Origin: Oopsacas minuta
Taxonomy: Eukaryota > Animalia > Porifera
Direction: 5' to 3'
Length of the DNA: 5,182 nt
NCBI GenBank assembly: GCA_024704765.1
Contig: JAKMXF010000206.1
Coordinates: 1 to 5,182 of the forward strand
Shown: positions 1-5,182 of the stretch, one piece after another
Layout: every line of letters begins with the position of its first letter
Position numbering within the stretch: the stretch's first letter is position 1
Program-made: the position numbers and the translations under genes
Notes under the pieces: model-generated
Databases searched by the model: none
Seen by the model: only the letters and a program-made list of their open reading frames with translations
What the model was told of the DNA's origin: nothing

Positions 1-94
1 ACTTGATTATAATAAAGCATTATTGTTAAAATCAGTCATAGATATAAGAATTTGGGGTAAATTTATTCTGAGCAATTCTTTTTGACCGGCACTG
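1..94. mobile_element. Terminus of a Tc1/mariner-type element extending off the left edge of the window
   Basis: The reverse complement from 96 reads TA|CAGTGCCGGTCAAAAAGAATTGCT. This is a CAGTG terminus flanked by TA (95-96). It matches the recalled C. elegans Tc1 terminus CAGTGCTGGCCAAAAAGA at 16 of 18 positions. The other end is not visible. Confidence 0.65.
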
Positions 95-298
95 TATATA
101 CAGAAATTAAGCTAATAGAAGTTATGTTACCAATATTTGTAGATATAATACGTATTATAAGTTTAAGACGTATTATAATACATACATAATACAACTTAGT
201 AAGTAATATGGGAAATAAGTTATTGACGCACCGATTATGTTTATAAATCAGACTTTGAATCAATTTATAAGCTACTCTGACTGCATCATACACGTTAC

Positions 299-440
299 CT
301 TTTTAACGATTGCATCTGGGTTCTTCATGAACGCCACACATTCCTTGTGTTCATTCTTAACAACAATATCCAATGGTGTGCACTTGTCTTCATTCTTTGC
401 AGAAAAGTCGACACCTCGCTTATACAAAAGTTTCAGCACC
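299..440 (-). CDS. espn: Internal coding exon (142 nt) of the same gene; (E)VLKLLYKRGVDFSAKNEDKCTPLDIVVKNEHKECVAFMKNPDAIVKK
   Basis: Lies within track ORF 272..457(-). Minus strand reads ...tatatttcaAG|GGTGCTG...AAAAAG|GTaacg. It starts in phase 2 (GA+G = Glu) and ends in phase 0. It encodes the ankyrin segment LLxxGxDxxxKNxxxxTPLD, consistent with a terminal repeat of the domain. Confidence 0.9.
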
Positions 441-456
441 CTTGAAATATAAAGCA

Positions 457-799
457 CAGTATAACTCGGATAAGACGTACCCTTTTGGGAAACAAAACTT
501 ATTACATACTAACAATAGTAAGCCTAAGCCATACCCGAATATTCTTCCTATACAATTAGTACATGGATTGATTATCTGTTGGTGAGTAACTGCCCCGATC
601 AGGGGCGGGGTATGGGTGCTACATCAGCACCGATGTCTCCATTAGGCCCCCCCTCCAGAGAGTTCTCTACTGTAGATTCGCAAAGAGCCAAATAGAGGGC
701 ACTGGAATTTTGGACAGCACCAGCCCCAAACGACTCTTAATGAGGCTCTGGCACCAATAGTACGTCTTAATCCGTGTACGTACTAACAGTATTCTACTG
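457..799. mobile_element. Tc1/mariner (pogo-like) MITE with degenerate TIRs, interrupted by a nested element
   Basis: Left end CAGTATAACTCGGATAAGACGTACCC (457-482) versus the reverse complement of the right end, CAGTAGAATACTGTTAGTACGTACAC (799-774): 18/26 identical. An inner right-hand motif (760-774, revcomp CGGATTAAGACGTAC) matches 467-480 CGGATAAGACGTAC with one indel. TA flanks the right end (800-801); CA flanks the left (455-456). Confidence 0.6.
600..750. mobile_element. hAT-like MITE (151 bp) with a degenerate 8-bp target-site duplication
   Basis: A GC-rich island beginning CAGGGGCGGGGTA and ending TAATGAGGCTCTG (revcomp CAGAGCCTCATTA). The flanks GCCCCGAT (592-599) and GCACCAAT (751-758) match at 6/8. 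CAG termini with an 8-bp TSD are hAT hallmarks. Confidence 0.55.
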
Positions 800-826
800 T
801 ATGTATATACTTATTGAAATATGAGT

Positions 827-895
827 AAGTAGAACCTTTGAGATTCGGGCAGTCTCGTCCGGAAGGTGCCCGGACGAGACTCAGGGAGGGTCACT
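827..895 (+). mobile_element. Truncated pogo-like MITE end, related to the element starting at 2547
   Basis: AAGTAGAACCTTTGAGATTCGGGCAGTCTCGTCCG aligns with CAGTAAAATCTCGGAAATTCGGGCAATCTCGTCCG (2547 onward). The core 841-860 versus 2561-2580 is 18/20 identical, with weaker similarity to about 893/2618. No partner end was found. Confidence 0.6.
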
Positions 896-1598
896 CCGAA
901 AATACTTGACACATAGCAGGTGACTGACAATTTATGAATAAATTCCTCGACGCAAATTATGCATTTCGGAACATAGTGCTAAATACAATTGTGTGGGACA
1001 GAATTGACTACTGAAGAGACACATTTAGAAGGTGTTCACACCCAGCTAGCCGCCATAATTTGATCCAATTATTTCAGCCATATTTTAATCAGCTGTAAAT
1101 TCTCCGTCATCAAGTGGTCAATTGAATAAATATATTTGAGAATTTTGTTTCCTAGCAAAGCAGAAATGTCTTAGAGATGTGAGGAATCAGGAATGTAGCA
1201 ACACATCCATTTTCAAAACTTCTCAGGACCACGTCGAGCGACCCAAACGTAATAATCTAAGTTATACCAAAGCAGGGCCCATCACACCACTAGGGATACT
1301 AGACAGTCTCCTAGGGTATAATTTCATATATAAAGTGCAAAATTTTAATATAAGAAAACAAAAGCATTATTAAACGAGGGCAAATGGGCGGTTGCATCAA
1401 TCGCCAGATCTAGGAGCAGATCATTAATGTCTCTAGGACCAGCTCTGTACAAAAGATGACTAAAATAAAAGCATTCTCAGCTGTTTTCTTATGCTAAATC
1501 CATAGACGAATAAAGGATTGTAGGCAGCAAACTCGGGGTCCTGTCCATTGTGGGTTTTTATATCTCATAATCCGTTAAAGTTAGACTACGAAAATGTA

Positions 1599-1849
1599 CA
1601 GTAAAGTCTCGTTAATACGTACACCACAGAACTCATATTCCACAAATATTTTAGGTAATACAATAAGACCAATTAGGAGACACACAACGGACCCTAAGTC
1701 CCAGGACCCGAGCTGACAGCTTACAGTCCTCTATTCAAGTAGGCTAAATCATAAAATTAACATTATGGTATAGCATAGGCTAGGCGCTAGGGCATAGTAA
1801 GCTGTCATCTGTATGCGTATTGATACATCCAAATAATAGATAATAACTG
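1599..1849. mobile_element. Pogo-like MITE: left terminus clear (1599-1624), right boundary tentative
   Basis: TA|CAGTAAAGTCTCGTTAATACGTACAC (1597-1624) matches the reverse complement of 774-801 at 22/28. A possible right end, ACTG|TA, lies at 1846-1851, but TIR identity there is poor (about 10/21). Confidence 0.4.
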
Positions 1850-1900
1850 TATTCGAAGTATCTCATTTGTAAAAAAAGCCTAAATGCTAATCATACTCAC

Positions 1901-2012
1901 TCTAATTGTCCACCTTCAGCAGCATCATGTACAATAGTGCTATCGTACACATCAACCTCATGACCAGTTATGATTCTGTTGCCTAACAACCATCTCAAAC
2001 ATTCTACATGTC
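1901..2012 (-). CDS. espn: Internal coding exon (112 nt) of the same gene; (G)HVECLRWLLGNRIITGHEVDVYDSTIVHDAAEGGQL(E)
   Basis: Minus strand reads ...gtactattAG|GACATG...CAATTAGA|GTgagt, with a consensus donor at 1900-1895. It starts in phase 1 (G+GA = Gly, completing the previous exon) and ends in phase 2. HDAAEGGQLE parallels espin HDAAENGELE (recalled). It is not in the ORF track. Confidence 0.92.
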
Positions 2013-2395
2013 CTAATAGTACAAATAATATAATTTCAATTTATTCACAAGTTACTACAGCGTATACAAGTACGTACTACCCAAATACAATTCAGTATAG
2101 TATATTCAATCTCAGAGTAATTGTATATTGTTGTGAGAGAGTTGTGAATAGAGAATTTTCCAATCATAGCATTGATCTTGCAATTAGGGTGTAACATGGC
2201 GGTCAGGGCCACAATTTTGGAGGATCTACGTATATGGTTCTAATTCCAATAATATATTATCCATGAAAATATGAGGTTTGAAAAGTGTTTGAAATGTGTC
2301 TTGCGGATAATCACTGGAAATAAATCTCAATTTCTGAATTTGCCAAAATATTCCACACGTTATTTTATAAGGAACACCATTATAAAAAAATTATT

Positions 2396-2506
2396 GTCCC
2401 GCTTTATTGTAGTCCAGTCTAACACTATTATGCTAAGTCCCCGAGATGTCCCTCTAATTTAGTGCCTTCCGTCCCGATTTTTTCTTCACTCAGGTTGGCG
2501 AGTAGG
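2396..2506. mobile_element. Probable right end of a hAT-family element
   Basis: GTCCC subterminal motifs at 2396, 2437, 2448 and 2471 are followed by CAGGTTGGCGAGTAGG. This resembles recalled hAT termini of the ...GTTGGCAAGTATG / GTTGGCAACCCTA type. No matching left end or TSD was found. Confidence 0.4.
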
Positions 2507-2773
2507 AAGATCAGATATTTGAAATATATAAGTACGTACATAAATACAGTAAAATCTCGGAAATTCGGGCAATCTCGTCCGCGGGGGTGCCAGGATCTAA
2601 AAACTCAATGGGAGATCAAATATTGAGTATTTGGGTGTATTTGAATTGTCGAATATAGATGTTTTAGTGGTTTGTGGTTACTAAGAAATGTGTTGACATG
2701 AAGTACAAATAAAGACAACTCTATTATAAGGGAAATTAGCTTAAACCTATATTATTAAATCTCAATTGTTGTC

Positions 2774-2788
2774 TGTTTGTTTGTTTGT
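2774..2788 (+). repeat. (TGTT)n microsatellite
   Basis: TGTTTGTTTGTTTGT, read directly; it sits in the 5' part of the putative Helitron. Confidence 0.85.
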
Positions 2789-2900
2789 GTCCATTGTCAA
2801 AGAAAGGATTTGCGGTATGCAATTATAAAATTGTCCGTAATTATGTATTTATTGTGTTTATCAAGGAAGTAAATAGAATTCAATAAAACTCCACTAAATA

Positions 2901-3129
2901 AATCGAACATGCTGAATCTGAATTTCGCATTTACAAGTTTCTCATACATAAATTTATTGTTGTTTTTATGAATATAAAGTAAACAAATTTCAAAATTGAG
3001 GTAGAAACATGCTTTCAACGACTATCCTGGAGTAATCGAGTATGCTGAGTCCGAATATGGCATTGTTTGTTTCTTTATCCGTTGATATATACATTTATTG
3101 TTGTTTTTATGACTATAAAGTAAACAAAT
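2901..3129 (+). repeat. Imperfect tandem duplication, unit about 133-141 bp
   Basis: 2901-2931 versus 3034-3064 is 25/31 identical. 2952-2988 versus 3093-3129 is 36/37 identical. A degenerate third partial copy lies at 2847-2873. Confidence 0.9.
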
Positions 3130-3795
3130 CATTGAAACCATAGAATATTTGTCTAAAGAAACTCAAAACGGCATAATGGATAATAGATTATGCTAATTAT
3201 AGCCTCGACAAATTTTTCAACAATCTATTAAGTAAAGGTAGTGTTTCATGCGAAAGTTTATTCATCAAGTTAATTTTGTTTCAGATGGGCAGTAGAAATT
3301 GTATGTACCAACCTTTACATCCATTTCGTTCTCACCGCTTCAAAGGCGGTTGATCTTACAAAATAATTCATTAATATATATGCCGTGTACGTATATTCGT
3401 GAATGGCATTGTTCTAAATATATCGATATTATAATACTCAAAGAGGCTGTCAGTTTGGAGAACAATGGGTAACTCGAGGCGCAATACGCCGAGTTCATCG
3501 CGAAGCGATGAGCCAAAGGCTCGTATTCAAATAAATTACAAACTTTTTGGAAAAATGGTGCCCGATTAGGGAGGTTCGACTGTAACTTGAATTAACAAAA
3601 TTTAATATATATCTTCCTGGCTTGGTTATTAATATTAATCAATAAATAAGTAAATAATCAAGTAACTGAGTGCTGTGAATAGTTAGTACTGTATTATTAA
3701 TTAGTAGTTAGGCACCGTCCTACGTTGCAACTTGCAACACACATTTCGTATACGAACAAAGAAGCGAGTACATATTAAAGATAATTATTGCCTAC

Positions 3796-3958
3796 CTTGT
3801 GAAGCAGCAAAATGTCCTGGAGTAGCACTGTCAGCAGAGAGAATCTCTGTCCCTTTGTGAGATAGAAGATACTTCAAACATTCCAAGTGTCCTTCTTGTG
3901 CTGCAGCATGTACAGGAGCTAGCCCATCGTGAGCTCGAACAGTTATGTTACTCTTCAT
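3796..3958 (-). CDS. espn: Internal coding exon (163 nt) of an espin/forked-like ankyrin-repeat protein; MKSNITVRAHDGLAPVHAAAQEGHLECLKYLLSHKGTEILSADSATPGHFAASQ(G)
   Basis: Minus strand reads ...atatctttAG|ATGAAG...TCACAAG|GTaggc, with AG at 3960-3959 and GT at 3795-3794. It is stop-free: 54 codons plus 1 nt. Ankyrin motifs APVHAAAQEGH and TPGHFAASQG are present. RAHDGxxPxHAAAQxGH and ATxxHFAASxG match the espin ankyrin domain as I recall it (human ARAHDGMTPLHAAAQMGH / ATAMHFAASRGH). The exon call is firmer than the orthology call. It is not in the ORF track. Confidence 0.9.
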
Positions 3959-5051
3959 CTAAAGATATTTATTAACATAGATTTAATCCCAAAATTTGTA
4001 TAAACATTATATAATCTGGAATACATACAATACGTGATATGAGTATAGAAGAAACGTCACTTGAAGGGCGTAGCTATTGGCTAATTTGTATATAATATAT
4101 ACCCAATATAATGTATGTAGTTTCTACAGTCGAAATTTATAAGTAGGTAAGGTCGGGGATGTGAATATTATTATTTCATCCTATTCTCCACTTAATATCT
4201 TTACTGAAAATGTCCTTTAACCTTTAATAGTAGCTTTTCGGGGTTATTCTATGATATAAAATTATGACATTTTTCCTGAATAATGTAAAGATTTAAGTCT
4301 AACATAGCGATAAATACAAAATTATCAAAAAATAATAATTCATTTTTCTAAGAATTTCCGGCTTTAAGATGTTCGTTTCAATGAAGTGGAAGAAGGTGGG
4401 ACCGAAATAGAATTGCCTCACTAATAGAAGTTCCCCATTTACTAAGACCCCTGTAATTGAGAATATACTGTAAAAATATTTAAGAATTCATACCTCACTG
4501 CGGCCCATCGCTTGTTAACATGATAAGTAAACTTTTAAGTGAATATTTATGGAGTGAGATAATTATGAAATCTAGCTTTTATGGCCAATGGTAACAACAC
4601 AGTATCAGTCGACTTAAGTACACAAGTTAGCCCTCTAGATAATTTTTCCTTCCGCCGCCACTGAATGGATACCTTGGCTCAACAGCCGATGGATAGGGAC
4701 CCACAAAATTATAAATTTCTCATTGCTGTCTATGAGAAGCAAATTGTGTGGAAATTGGGGCTGCCGAGAGTCTCGGATTTATCAACAAATTAGCGAAAAG
4801 TGAAGAGGGGGGAATCCTCACCCCCCCGAAAGGTACAGGGCAATAGTGTAATTCGTAATGATCACTGTAATAACTTAAATTTCCCATAAAATTTGAAGTG
4901 AGATTAGAAAAATGAAAGAGAGATTGTGTTAAAATTCAAATACATGGGCTCACTTTGGATCCGTGACACTTGTCAACCATGGTAACTGTAATTTTGATTC
5001 CCTCTCGAATACTTAGAACTAAATATGAAACCAATGTCACGAATTGTATGA

Positions 5052-5085
5052 ATTCCATATAATCTATTCCATATAATCTATTCCA
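5052..5085 (+). repeat. 14-bp tandem repeat ATTCCATATAATCT x2.4
   Basis: Exact copies at 5052-5065 and 5066-5079, and a partial copy at 5080-5085. Confidence 0.95.
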
Positions 5086-5182
5086 GGGGTGCCCAACATA
5101 CGGCCCGCGGGCCAAATCTGGCCCGCGTAATAATTTTATCCGGCCCGCACAAAATTTGCACTTTGTAATATATACTATTTCT
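5084..5182 (+). mobile_element. Left terminus of a hAT (Charlie-like) element, probably continuing beyond the window
   Basis: CAGGGGTGCCCAACATACGGCCCGCGGGCCAAATCTGGCCCGC matches a widespread hAT terminus pattern (recalled). GGCCCGC repeats occur at 5102, 5120 and 5142. The preceding 8-mer ATCTATTC partly fits the NTCTAGAN Charlie target preference. Confidence 0.8.

Larger units (their letters stand above)
441..1900 (-). other. GT-AG intron, phase 2, 1460 nt
   Basis: Bounded by GTGAGT (1900) and AAG (ending at 441). Joining keeps the ankyrin frame (GQLE-VLKLL). Confidence 0.85.
2746..3523 (+). mobile_element. Non-autonomous Helitron-like element (about 778 bp)
   Basis: The 5' end A|CCTATATTATTAAAT (one mismatch from TC) is followed by a (TGTT)n tract. 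The 3' end has a GC-rich hairpin TCATCGC-GAA-GCGATGA (3495-3511), then CTCG|T (one mismatch from CTAG|T). It is inserted between A and T with no TSD. This layout matches recalled non-autonomous Helitrons. Both termini are mutated, so the boundaries are inferred. Confidence 0.55.
2547..3582. mobile_element. Pogo/Tigger-like MITE (about 258 bp of host sequence) split by a Helitron-like insertion
   Basis: Left end TA|CAGTAAAATCTCGGAAATTCGGGCA (TA at 2545-2546). Right end revcomp TA|CAGTCGAACCTCCCTAATCGGGCA (TA at 3583-3584). The ends share the pattern CAGT..AA.CTC...TCGGGCA and both have TA flanks. Confidence 0.55.
2013..3795 (-). other. GT-AG intron, phase 1, 1783 nt
   Basis: Bounded by GTAGGC (3795) and TAG (ending at 2013). 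Joining the flanking exons keeps the ankyrin frame (SQG-HVECL). Confidence 0.85.

Noticed and set aside
241-270. Inverted repeat TTATAAAT...ATTTATAA
   Set aside because: It is 8 bp of pure A/T in an AT-rich context, which is expected by chance.
272-457. Full track ORF as a single-exon 61-aa gene
   Set aside because: Only 299-440 is bounded by splice sites and ankyrin-like. The flanks are intronic, and the ATG lies at the MITE edge.
63-3018. Track ORFs 63..293, 237..452, 373..585, 1179..1373, 1970..2194, 2271..2462 and 2797..3018
   Set aside because: They are short with no recognisable domain, and they are antisense to real exons or lie in intronic or transposon sequence. This is expected by chance.
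2847-3129. Repeat-spacer arrangement as a CRISPR-like array
   Set aside because: There are only two good copies, the spacers are themselves partly homologous, the context is a eukaryotic intron, and no cas-like ORFs are present.
3787-3958. ATG at 3958 as a start codon of a stand-alone 57-aa ORF
   Set aside because: The ATG directly follows a pyrimidine-rich AG acceptor and starts mid-ankyrin domain, so an internal exon is the better reading.
4127-4470. TA|CAGT...ACTG|TA pair as a MITE
   Set aside because: Identity beyond the first 4 nt is near random.
4063-4663. Possible hAT MITE from GAAGGGCGTAGC (4063) to CCGCCGCCACTG (4663)
   Set aside because: The ends match poorly and the 8-bp flanks (CGTCACTT vs AATGGATA) are unrelated. 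They may be separate remnants.
4764-4828. Small hairpin CCGAGA-G-TCTCGG and adjacent G6/C7 runs
   Set aside because: Too short to assign. It is likely a repeat fragment, and no tRNA or ncRNA fold is supported.
3961-5050. Search for the next upstream ankyrin exon (phase-0 end)
   Set aside because: No GH-LxxxxxLL-type coding segment with splice sites was found. A donor-like GAG|GTATGA near 4493 has no ankyrin-like frame. The exon is probably outside the window.

Overview
AT-rich (roughly one-third GC, by eye) eukaryotic, probably invertebrate, genomic DNA. The window holds three internal coding exons of a minus-strand ankyrin-repeat gene: 3958-3796, 2012-1901 and 440-299. All have canonical AG/GT boundaries and compatible phases (0->1, 1->2, 2->0). 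They splice into one open peptide: MKSNITVRAHDGLAPVHAAAQEGHLECLKYLLSHKGTEILSADSATPGHFAASQGHVECLRWLLGNRIITGHEVDVYDSTIVHDAAEGGQLEVLKLLYKRGVDFSAKNEDKCTPLDIVVKNEHKECVAFMKNPDAIVKK. This resembles the C-terminal part of the espin/forked ankyrin-repeat domain. The ORF track covers only the last exon; its other ORFs look spurious. The introns are packed with decayed non-autonomous DNA transposons. There are two apparent nested insertions: a hAT-like MITE inside a Tc1/mariner(pogo)-like MITE (457-799), and a Helitron-like element inside another pogo-like MITE (2547-3582). Further Tc1-like and hAT-like termini lie at both window edges. I see no convincing evidence of a new biological system. The best leads are the nested elements and a MITE terminus that occupies the branch-point zone of one exon. 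Family assignments rest on recalled consensus motifs, not database searches.
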